A program made the translations under genes and the position numbers. A DNA stretch of 32,000 bases from Copranaerobaculum intestinale (lineage in GTDB: Bacteria; Bacillota_I; Bacilli_A; Erysipelotrichales; Erysipelotrichaceae). The notes beneath the pieces are model-generated. The model did no database searches. It was given only the letters and a program-made list of their open reading frames with translations, and was not told where the DNA came from. The stretch covers positions 30,796 through 62,795 of the forward strand of contig NZ_WUUQ01000005.1 in the NCBI RefSeq assembly GCF_009831105.1, given 5' to 3'. Of this stretch, positions 9,142 through 16,216 are shown one piece after another (position 1 is the first letter of the stretch; each line of letters begins with the position of its first letter).

Positions 9142-9170
9142 TTGACAGATAATATTATACAGCATATAAT
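9142..9170 (+). promoter_or_regulatory. consensus sigma-A promoter of the padR operon
   Basis: TTGACA (9142-9147), exactly 17 nt, TATAAT (9165-9170). The ORF-track start at 9142 is this -35 box, not a start codon. Confidence 0.75.
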
Positions 9171-9173
9171 ATT
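9151..9173. promoter_or_regulatory. inverted repeat, candidate PadR autoregulatory operator
   Basis: AATATTATA (9151-9159), cagca, TATAATATT (9165-9173). The 9-bp arms are perfect and overlap the -10 box. Confidence 0.5.
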
Positions 9174-9192
9174 GTTGAAGAAAGGTGATATT

Positions 9193-9522
9193 ATGACATT
9201 TCAGATAGGATCCACACTGCTTGACGCATGTGTACTGGCGATTCTTCATCAGGAAGACGCGTATGGATACAAGCTTACTCAGGAAGTAAAGGATGTTCTA
9301 AGCGTCAGTGAATCAACGCTGTATCCGGTGCTGCGCAGGCTTTTGAAGGAAGGCATGCTGGAAACATATGATCAAGAGCATATGGGAAGAAATCGACGCT
9401 ATTATCGTTTGACCGGAAATGGCAAGGATCAATACCAATTTTATGTGAAAGAATGGAAAACGTTTCGGGAAACAATTGATTCACTATTGGAGAAGGAGGA
9501 TGAAGCGGATGACACGTTGTGA
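9193..9522 (+). CDS. PadR family transcriptional regulator
   Basis: LLDACVLAILHQEDAYGYKLTQEVK...ESTLYPVLRRLLKEGMLETYDQE...RRYYRLTGNG is the classic PadR winged helix. RBS AAAGGTGA precedes the ATG at 9193. Confidence 0.9.
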   Translation: MTFQIGSTLLDACVLAILHQEDAYGYKLTQEVKDVLSVSESTLYPVLRRLLKEGMLETYDQEHMGRNRRYYRLTGNGKDQYQFYVKEWKTFRETIDSLLEKEDEADDTL

Positions 9523-10123
9523 ATATATAGTACAGCTGCAGCAGCGGCTGTCCGGTCTGTCTGAAGCAGAAATTGCGGACGCGCTTGCTTACTGCAATGA
9601 ATATTTTGATGAAGCAGGCGAGGAAAATGAACAGCAGGCGATCAATGATCTTGGTACACCGGCTAAATTTGCGGCACAATTAAGGGCAGATGCTGTTTTA
9701 AAATCACAGGATTCAAAAGACGCGCAGGCATGTGCAGATAAGCAAAATAAACATTCATTGAAAAATCTATGGATGTTAATTCTGGGGGTATGTGCATTGC
9801 CGATTGCTTTACCGCTGGGAGCTGCGTTGATTCTTTTGATTTTCTCAATGATGCTTGTTGTATTCTGTGTGATTTTTGCACTTTTCATCGCGATCGTTGG
9901 TTTCTTGGCAGCAGGCGGTGTAAGCTTTGCATCGGGTATCTACAATTTCTCACAGGCTCCTGGTAATTCCTTGATTGCTTTGGGATTGGGCTGTGCTTCA
10001 ATCGGGTTATCACTTCTGGGAATCCTTTTGACGATTTATTTATCCCGTAAGGGTATTCCGGAGCTTACCCGCATGGTCAGCCGTCTGTATCAGCGTTTTC
10101 GCAGAAAGGAGACAATGGAATGA
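9509..10123 (+). CDS. DUF1700 (HAAS-type) membrane protein
   Basis: MTRCEYIVQLQQRLSGLSEAEIADALAYCNEYFDEAG is the DUF1700 N-terminus, and the C-terminal half contains TM helices. The start at 9509 lies 9 nt after GGAGG and overlaps the padR stop. Confidence 0.8.
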   Translation: MTRCEYIVQLQQRLSGLSEAEIADALAYCNEYFDEAGEENEQQAINDLGTPAKFAAQLRADAVLKSQDSKDAQACADKQNKHSLKNLWMLILGVCALPIALPLGAALILLIFSMMLVVFCVIFALFIAIVGFLAAGGVSFASGIYNFSQAPGNSLIALGLGCASIGLSLLGILLTIYLSRKGIPELTRMVSRLYQRFRRKETME

Positions 10124-11049
10124 AAAAGTACAAAATCATTGGTATGATCTCTGCAAGTCTGATCACGCTGGGAATCGTGTTAATTTTTGCAGGCTACGCC
10201 AACGGAGGAAGTCTTTACCATAATGCGTTTGGATTTTATTCTAAAAATGGATATTTCTTCGGTATAAATTTTAATGGTGATGTGGAACAGCAGATATCAA
10301 AAAAGACTAAAACATACACATATAAAAATTTAAACAGCATGGAAATATCCATGGAAATCGGAAAGGTGCAGGTATTGATCGGTGATGATGATACATTCGA
10401 GATTGACTGCATAAACATTCCTGAAAAGTATATTCACCAGAAACAAAACGGCGGAGCTTTGGAATTTGAAGTAACCTCTGCTCATTTAAATTTCAGCAAT
10501 CCCAAATATCAAATTATCGTAACCATTCCTAAGAATGCAAATTTAACGAATCTGGATATCAGTTCTGATACCGGCAGCATAGAAGCAGATAGTTTGAAAG
10601 CAGAGCATATGGAGCTTTCAAGCGATACCGGAACGATAGAGGTGAAAGCTTTGCAGGCGGCGGCATTATCTTTATCAAACGATACCGGTACTGTTAAAAT
10701 CGGATCCATTCAAGCGAATTCGCTGGATATGGATGTGGATACAGGCAAAGCTGATATCGACAAACTGGATTGTGCGGTTTTAAAAGTAGACAGCGATACC
10801 GGAACCGTGAAAATAAATGGAATTACTGCGAAACAGATAACGCTGGATAATGACACCGGAAAGATCGAATGTCAGATTATCGGTAAACAGGAATCTTACA
10901 GCTATGATATTAAGAATGATATAGGTAAAGTAAATTTTGGTTCTCAGCACTTTGGAACGGATTCCAGCGAATCCAACCGTGATCATGGAGCAAATCTCAT
11001 TACCATTTCCAATGATGTTGGTTCAGTTACGGTTCACTTTACAAAGTGA
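10120..11049 (+). CDS. DUF4097 beta-strand-repeat (putative adhesin-like) protein with N-terminal TM anchor
   Basis: Repeated SDTGSIE / SDTGTIEV / NDTGTVKI / VDTGKADI / SDTGTVKI / NDTGKIEC units are present. An ATGA start/stop overlap links it to the upstream gene. PadR-DUF1700-DUF4097 is a well-known three-gene arrangement. Confidence 0.8.
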   Translation: MKKYKIIGMISASLITLGIVLIFAGYANGGSLYHNAFGFYSKNGYFFGINFNGDVEQQISKKTKTYTYKNLNSMEISMEIGKVQVLIGDDDTFEIDCINIPEKYIHQKQNGGALEFEVTSAHLNFSNPKYQIIVTIPKNANLTNLDISSDTGSIEADSLKAEHMELSSDTGTIEVKALQAAALSLSNDTGTVKIGSIQANSLDMDVDTGKADIDKLDCAVLKVDSDTGTVKINGITAKQITLDNDTGKIECQIIGKQESYSYDIKNDIGKVNFGSQHFGTDSSESNRDHGANLITISNDVGSVTVHFTK

Positions 11050-11241
11050 ATGCAGCAAATAGCATAATTTCATAACTATCATAAAATGACTGTGGGACTT
11101 ATTTCATTTTACTGAAAGAGCATACTCAAATAATACGTCAAAAAGAGGACATGTCCTATTTAAACAAATTAAAATTTTCTTACAATCATATCCTTATGCT
11201 TGATGCTTTTATAAACGTAAATTTAAGATATTTCATGAAGT

Positions 11242-11270
11242 AAAAACACTGCTGATTTTCAGCAGTGTTT
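11242..11270 (-). terminator. rho-independent terminator of the C39-like peptidase gene
   Basis: AAACACTGCTG (11244-11254), loop, CAGCAGTGTTT (11260-11270). A T-run follows on the minus strand. Confidence 0.8.
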
Positions 11271-11277
11271 CCTGTTT

Positions 11278-12579
11278 TTATGGCCGTATCGCGACTGCGT
11301 AATGGCGTCGATTATATTCTCTGGCAAAATTCTCACTGGATACGAGGATCTGTCTGCCTCCCCATGGATCGTTCACAATGATATCACCGGTGATTTTATT
11401 GTAGCCAACCATTAACATCACATGCATATTTACCGGGATTTCACCATTCCAGCACCATGCGGTCGGCCAGGCAAAGCCATATGTCGCATAAATGACAACC
11501 GGATTGCCTGCGTTGATTTCAGCCTTCAGCTGTTCAACACTGGAACCGCTTATATTGGCAACTCCGGCATGATATGTTTGGCCGAATGCGGATAAGGCGT
11601 CCGGTGCGATCCAATGTGCGACATTACGCGGATACAGAGTGAAAATATCCAATACAAAACCGGTGTGCGGATCATTTGTCTTTGGCACCGCATTCGCAAT
11701 ATCACGCAGCGACATGCCGCGATTGATTCCGAAATGCTGTAACCCCATTAACAGGGACGCTACTTCACAGCCATTATGAACATTGATACTCTGATCGATA
11801 AGCGGCACATTAGGAATTATAACATTGGCGGCCTGAATTGCTTCATTTTCTTTACGCAGCCTTTCTGATTCAGCGAGAGCACGAGCTACTGCCGCTTGGC
11901 GCTCAGCTTCAATTCGCTGCCGCTCCTGTTCTTCCAAGTAATCCAGCTTCTGTTGTATTTCTGTTACTTTCCCCATATAGCCTTCTGCGATATCTCGCTG
12001 CGGCAATGTCTTCAGTATTTCCTTTAAAGCATTAAAATCATCAGTATTGATATCCTCTTTCACTACGTTATCGGCATAAAAGGATTGAACCAAGGATTCA
12101 AGATCGATTAATGCCTGTCGCTGATGTACGGCAAGATCAAACATTTCCTTTAATACACTTTGAAATCCTGGCTCCAGCTTATTAAATTTGGTTCTCATTG
12201 TTTCAATATTCTCATCAGTTGTATCACTTTTCAATACCGAATTTGGCAGATAGGACATGATAAGATCGCGAATTTCAAGAAAGGAATCGATATGCCGCAG
12301 CCGTTTCTTATATGTTTGTTTCTTGATGTCATCATTCTCCAACTGGTCAACTGCTTTCTTGGCAGTTTCGACCTTCTGCTTTGTTACATGTAGTTTGATA
12401 AGCTTTTGTTCCTTATCGGTGAAGAGTGAAGCGAATGCTTTCTTTGCGGCCATTTGATGATCTGCTCTTTCTTTTGCTTCTACTTCTTTTATATTTTTGT
12501 AAAAGAAAAAAGCCCCTGTACCGCATACCCCTATACATACTGCCAGACTGATAATCAAAAGAATTTTCTTCTGTTTCAT
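11278..12579 (-). CDS. membrane-anchored C39-like (YvpB/Peptidase_C39_2-type) cysteine peptidase with long coiled-coil linker
   Basis: The start is moved to MKQKKILLIISLAVCIGVCG (RBS GAGGTGG); the upstream ORF extension has no RBS. Architecture is TM helix, then about 270 aa of charged helical region (ERQRIEAERQAAVARALAESERLRKENEAIQAA), then the C-terminal domain with QSINVHNGCEVASLLMGL (Cys), NMHVMLMVGY (His) and NDPWGG. Confidence 0.7.
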   Translation of the reverse strand: MKQKKILLIISLAVCIGVCGTGAFFFYKNIKEVEAKERADHQMAAKKAFASLFTDKEQKLIKLHVTKQKVETAKKAVDQLENDDIKKQTYKKRLRHIDSFLEIRDLIMSYLPNSVLKSDTTDENIETMRTKFNKLEPGFQSVLKEMFDLAVHQRQALIDLESLVQSFYADNVVKEDINTDDFNALKEILKTLPQRDIAEGYMGKVTEIQQKLDYLEEQERQRIEAERQAAVARALAESERLRKENEAIQAANVIIPNVPLIDQSINVHNGCEVASLLMGLQHFGINRGMSLRDIANAVPKTNDPHTGFVLDIFTLYPRNVAHWIAPDALSAFGQTYHAGVANISGSSVEQLKAEINAGNPVVIYATYGFAWPTAWCWNGEIPVNMHVMLMVGYNKITGDIIVNDPWGGRQILVSSENFAREYNRRHYAVAIRP

Positions 12580-12660
12580 ATAATCCACCTCTATTATTAT
12601 TATGATAACATATTTTATTACGTTATAGATGTAAGGTTTTATGAAAACATTAAGACTATT

Positions 12661-12723
12661 TCGGTGTTTAGCGTGCAATGAATGATACTGTAAAACGAAT
12701 ACTAAAATTTCATATAGTAAAAC
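12661..12723. repeat. copy 1 of an imperfect direct repeat (partner at 14291-14353)
   Basis: A gapless hand alignment of 12670-12723 to 14300-14353 gives 43/54 identities, including the blocks AGCGTGCA, GATACT and CATATAGTAAAA. Confidence 0.7.
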
Positions 12724-12847
12724 AGTAGTGCTGTCTAATAAATTTTCAAAAAATCTGAGAATATCGGTATGATTACTTAATTGTTATCATTCCAACTCTC
12801 ATTAATTATATACGTTCTCTAATTAACAAAACCTTTAGGCATAACAA

Positions 12848-12875
12848 GCAAAAGAGGCTGCCATATGAGCCTCTT
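12848..12875 (-). terminator. rho-independent terminator of the secreted-paralog operon
   Basis: AAGAGGCT (12852-12859), 8-nt loop, AGCCTCTT (12868-12875). On the minus strand it is followed by TTTTGCTTGTT. Confidence 0.75.
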
Positions 12876-12904
12876 ATTTCCAATTATAAATCATACTGTT
12901 TTTA

Positions 12905-13570
12905 TCAATACGATACTGTATAGAAAGTGTTCGGGTTTGGATTATATGTATAATAAATTTGTGCATATTCTCCTGTTGAATACGCGAAGACAGAATATGG
13001 CTTTCCACGATAAACTGCCGTTCCAGTTATCGCACCTGTATATTGTGTTTTTAAAGCTTCACTTAAAATTCCAACTCTTCCATCATCATTAAAGGTTTGA
13101 AACGTAATTATACCACCAGTTGCGGGATAAGGTTCCTTTGCAAAGAAACTATATCCGCTGAATCTCCAACCCTTACCACTAAAATAGTTTGATCGATACG
13201 TTGTTCCTTTTTTTATTTCCAACATCTTGGTAGGAGGTGTAGATCCTCTTGCCATAATAAAGCTTGGATTTGTAATAATTTCTTTACCCAATAATTCCTC
13301 TTTTATTTCACCTACTGTTTTCGCTTTTTCATCAGTTTGACTACTAACAGTTGAAATAATATTGCCTTCCAAATCTAAAATAGTTGCTTCACCGTGAAGA
13401 TATCCTCCATTCGGCATTTCTAAAACTAAATCAGAATCATCCAGTTCTTGAAAATAATCTTCTAAGTATGATTTTGTATATATGTTACTAACATCTTTTT
13501 CATTTGCAGATATTTTAATAGGTGTGATTAAGCATAAGAATATAATACTTAGTAAAATTTTTTTACTCAT
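12905..13570 (-). CDS. secreted hypothetical protein (221 aa): shared N-domain + unique beta-rich C-domain
   Basis: Signal peptide MSKKILLSIIFLCLITPIKISA/NE. RBS GAAGGAGAA is present. The start overlaps the upstream stop (ATGAGTAA). The N-domain is paralogous to the upstream gene product. The gene is AT-rich. Confidence 0.7.
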   Translation of the reverse strand: MSKKILLSIIFLCLITPIKISANEKDVSNIYTKSYLEDYFQELDDSDLVLEMPNGGYLHGEATILDLEGNIISTVSSQTDEKAKTVGEIKEELLGKEIITNPSFIMARGSTPPTKMLEIKKGTTYRSNYFSGKGWRFSGYSFFAKEPYPATGGIITFQTFNDDGRVGILSEALKTQYTGAITGTAVYRGKPYSVFAYSTGEYAQIYYTYNPNPNTFYTVSY

Positions 13571-13934
13571 AAATTTCTCCTTCACTCAGTAACTCTTTTT
13601 TTGTTTCTTCGACTGTTTTTGCCTTTGGATCTGTTTCGCTATTATAAGTTGAAATTGCATTGCCCTTTGAATCTAAAATTGTTGCTTCACCGTGAAGATA
13701 TCCTCCACCAGGTAGTTTAAGAACCTTATCGGAAGGTTTTAAATCCTGAAAGTATTGATTTAAAAATTCTTCACTATAAAACGGATTGCTTTTATCTTCT
13801 ACGATTTTAGTTTTAGCTTTAACATTAATAACATTATTACTAGTATCACCATTCAGAAACTTAATAGACTGAAATAAAGAAGCACAACAAATTATCAACA
13901 GAATTGATGCTGTGAATTTTTTGAACGTTACCAT
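13563..13934 (-). CDS. secreted hypothetical protein (123 aa), paralog of the N-domain of the downstream gene
   Basis: Hydrophobic N-terminus MVTFKKFTASILLIICCASLF. RBS AAGGGGGA lies 8 nt upstream. The core LPGGGYLHGEATILDSKGNAISTYNSETDPKAKTVEETKKELL is shared with the 221-aa protein. Confidence 0.7.
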   Translation of the reverse strand: MVTFKKFTASILLIICCASLFQSIKFLNGDTSNNVINVKAKTKIVEDKSNPFYSEEFLNQYFQDLKPSDKVLKLPGGGYLHGEATILDSKGNAISTYNSETDPKAKTVEETKKELLSEGEIYE

Positions 13935-14290
13935 TATCTAGTTCCCCCTTTCTATGATTTCATTCGATTAATTGAACATATAAATTATAAAATGTAAAAG
14001 ATTTATCCCTCCTTTTCCAATCATTATCAAACGTAATATTCTTGATAATTTGATTATTTATCTCAAATATACTTAAATCATTATCTTATTTATATATTAT
14101 TTGAAACTAAGAATGCTCTACTGATATTTGATTATTAAAATGCATTTATAAATTTTTGTTCTTTTATAATATTAGTATATAAGAGGTGAATTTTATTGTC
14201 AAGAAAATATATATTTTTATTTTAGAAGAGGTTTGAATATATATGAAAGTGTATTATTTGAAGTAAAAGATGACTAAACAGATTATTAAC

Positions 14291-14353
14291 TAGATGTACA
14301 GCGTGCAGTGAACGATACTACAATACAAATTCTGAAACCTCATATAGTAAAAA
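14291..14353. repeat. copy 2 of the imperfect direct repeat (partner at 12661-12723)
   Basis: See copy 1. It lies in the 637-bp AT-rich divergent intergenic region between the 123-aa gene and the FN3 gene. Confidence 0.7.
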
Positions 14354-14506
14354 AACTGTACAATTTGTGCTTGGATAATTTGAAATTAGAATTTGGTTCT
14401 CATCAGATTGAACATATCATATCTATTTTCCATATTTGTATATTAAAACTTATCATTTTTTAAGCACATTCATTTAAATGCCGGTTTTGATTTCCGCTAT
14501 GCCAAC

Positions 14507-14533
14507 ACCTGATATTTTATGTCCCATATACTA
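14507..14533 (+). promoter_or_regulatory. possible SigK-type (late mother-cell) promoter upstream of the FN3/Cys-rich gene
   Basis: AC (14507-14508), 16 nt, CATATACTA (14525-14533) fits the B. subtilis SigK pattern AC-N16/17-CATAnnnTA. It ends 38 nt before the start codon. This is a low-information match in AT-rich DNA. Confidence 0.3.
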
Positions 14534-14571
14534 AAATTGAGACATTGTCTCATTTTGAAAGGAGGATAATC

Positions 14572-15792
14572 ATGATGGAACAAAAGAATGAAAGCATCGA
14601 TGGTACAGCCATTACAGTTGCCCCAAGCAACGTTACAGCTGTTGCGATAGATGCAGGAAATGTTTTAATTACATGGTCTTCTGTTTTATCGGCGGCTGGT
14701 TATCACGTATTTCGCGGCACCACATCGGATGGCCCGTATCAGTTTGTGCAGGAAACAACCTCATTAGCGCTTGTGGATACTGGATTGGCAGCTAATACCA
14801 CGTATTATTATCGGATAACTGCTTATGATGCAGACGGGGATGGTCCTATGTCAGAACCGGCAATTGTGACTACTGCCGCTTCCGATGTACCGCAAAACCT
14901 GATTGCGGCTGCTAATGGATCCACTACGATCAATACAACTTGGGATCCAATCGCAAACGCATCTCGCTATCATGTATATCGCAGTACAACAGCGGTCGGT
15001 CCATATGTATTGATCGGGATCACAACCACAACATCTTATACAAATGTAGGATTGATTCCCAATACAACCTACTATTATCGGGTAACTGCTGTTGTCAATG
15101 AAGTTGAAAGTGCGCAAAGTAATACTGCATCTGCGACAACAGATGCGGATATACCAGTGCCGACAAATGTCGCTGCGATGTCAGTGAGTTCAACCCAGAT
15201 TATAACAACATGGGATGCCGTGCCGAATGCCACAGCGTATTCTGTTTATCGAAGTACGTCACCGAATGGTACGTATCAGCTGGTTGGAACAACGGCTGAT
15301 CTAACGTATATGGATAGCGGACTCACTCCCAATACCACATATTATTATCGAGTTGCAGCGACCGTTGACGGTGTTCTAGGAAATGCAAGTGCTTATGCGG
15401 CCGCAACTACGCATCCATTATCACCTACGCCATCTGCCCCGACAAATGTACAGTTACAGGCATTGAGCTGCGCGGAAATCCTTATTACTTGGGAAGCGTC
15501 TGCCGGCGCCGATGGATATTATATTTATCGAAGTAATGCTGCAGGAGGTCCTTATCAATTAATAGGTAATACAGCTGACACTGCTTATGTTGATGCGCCG
15601 CTGTCACCTTCAACCGTGTATTATTACTTTATACAGGCATATACGCAAGATCAATTTAGTCCCCAGAGTGCATCTGTTGGTACTTCTACACCATCATGTG
15701 AATCACCAGTTCCGCCATGCCGGCCTTGCTGCTGTCCGTGCTGCGGCTGTGATCCATGCGGTTGTTTAAGCAGGATCCAGAAAAAATGCTAG
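14572..15792 (+). CDS. four tandem fibronectin type III domains + Cys-rich C-terminal tail; no signal peptide
   Basis: The start is set at ATG 14572 (GGAGG is 6 nt upstream); the ORF-track start at 14545 is a TTG lying 5' of the RBS. There are four ~90-aa repeats, each with ITW/TTW...Y.V/IYR...GPY...NTTYYYR. The tail is CESPVPPCRPCCCPCCGCDPCGCLSRIQKKC. Confidence 0.85.
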   Translation: MMEQKNESIDGTAITVAPSNVTAVAIDAGNVLITWSSVLSAAGYHVFRGTTSDGPYQFVQETTSLALVDTGLAANTTYYYRITAYDADGDGPMSEPAIVTTAASDVPQNLIAAANGSTTINTTWDPIANASRYHVYRSTTAVGPYVLIGITTTTSYTNVGLIPNTTYYYRVTAVVNEVESAQSNTASATTDADIPVPTNVAAMSVSSTQIITTWDAVPNATAYSVYRSTSPNGTYQLVGTTADLTYMDSGLTPNTTYYYRVAATVDGVLGNASAYAAATTHPLSPTPSAPTNVQLQALSCAEILITWEASAGADGYYIYRSNAAGGPYQLIGNTADTAYVDAPLSPSTVYYYFIQAYTQDQFSPQSASVGTSTPSCESPVPPCRPCCCPCCGCDPCGCLSRIQKKC

Positions 15793-15809
15793 AAAGAAAA
15801 TGGAGAAAT

Positions 15810-15837
15810 GTCCGGGTTTTATCCCGGACGTTTTTTT
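15810..15837 (+). terminator. rho-independent terminator
   Basis: GTCCGGG, loop, CCCGGAC, followed by GTTTTTTT. Confidence 0.85.
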
Positions 15838-15938
15838 ATGTGAAACTTTTCATTTAGAGTGAAGCATAAATAAATACGCTGCTTTTCACAACGAAAGCAG
15901 TAAGTATCATGGATAAAAACATAAATCGCTTATGTATC

Positions 15939-15970
15939 AAAAAAGCCGTGAAGCTAATTCACTTTCACGA
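15939..15970 (-). terminator. terminator downstream of tRNA-Leu
   Basis: On the minus strand: CGTGAA, 11-nt loop, TTCACG, then GCTTTTTT. Confidence 0.6.
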
Positions 15971-15983
15971 CTCATATCCTATA

Positions 15984-16067
15984 TGGTGCGGGCGACAGGA
16001 CTCGAACCTGCACACCGAAGGCAATAGATCCTAAGTCTATCGTGTCTGCCAATTTCACCACGCCCGC
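15984..16067 (-). tRNA. tRNA-Leu (anticodon UAG), long variable arm, CCA encoded
   Basis: The reverse complement reads GCGGGCG TG GTGAAATTGGCAGACAC G ATAGA-CTTAGGA-TCTAT TGCCTTCGGTGTG CAGG-TTCGAGT-CCTG T CGCCCGC A CCA. Confidence 0.9.
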
Positions 16068-16078
16068 ATTGCCATAAT

Positions 16079-16106
16079 ATTATAGCACACTTCAGTCATT
16101 TTTCAA
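16079..16106 (-). promoter_or_regulatory. promoter for tRNA-Leu
   Basis: On the minus strand: TTGAAA, 16 nt, TGcTATAAT (extended -10). The -10 ends about 11 nt before the tRNA 5' end. Confidence 0.65.
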
Positions 16107-16216
16107 TCCTAGATTTTCTGACATTGAAATTTATAAATATACCTATATATATTATGAATTTGGGCATTGAAAATGCAGGTAAAATGATATAATAAAAGTT
16201 AGATGCGGAGGCGCTT

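Noticed and set aside
9142-9192. N-terminal extensions in the ORF track (PadR from 9142; peptidase to 12678; NUDIX to 24123; TPR/Sel1 from 23899; FN3 from 14545; M50 from 28870; Tim44-like from 29610)
   Set aside because: In each case an internal start has a proper GGAGG-type RBS and matches the usual family N-terminus. The extensions run through promoter elements or overlap the divergent neighbour.
12454-13092. Plus-strand ORFs 12454-12681 and 12865-13092 (75 aa each) in the AT-rich region
   Set aside because: They are antisense to, or upstream of, well-supported minus-strand genes. The translations are runs of F/Y/I/L/K typical of random AT-rich frames, and there is no RBS.
12680-14545. 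Calling the AT-rich island a mobile element
   Set aside because: It contains no integrase, transposase or recombinase, and no terminal inverted repeats. The flanking repeat is only about 80% identical, so it is reported as a repeat-bracketed island and not as a mobile_element feature.
14572-14610. A double-glycine-type leader on the FN3 protein as a substrate for the nearby C39-like peptidase
   Set aside because: The N-terminus MMEQKNESIDGT is too short and has Asp-Gly rather than GG/GA/GS at the putative site. It also lacks the LSxxELxxI pattern.
14620-15690. Periodic ~270-nt repeats in the FN3 gene, and the GGN/AGC-rich repeat at 29755-29840, as possible CRISPR or tandem-repeat arrays
   Set aside because: Both are in-frame coding repeats (FN3 domains and a Gly/Ser low-complexity linker). 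Neither has the direct-repeat/spacer architecture of an array.
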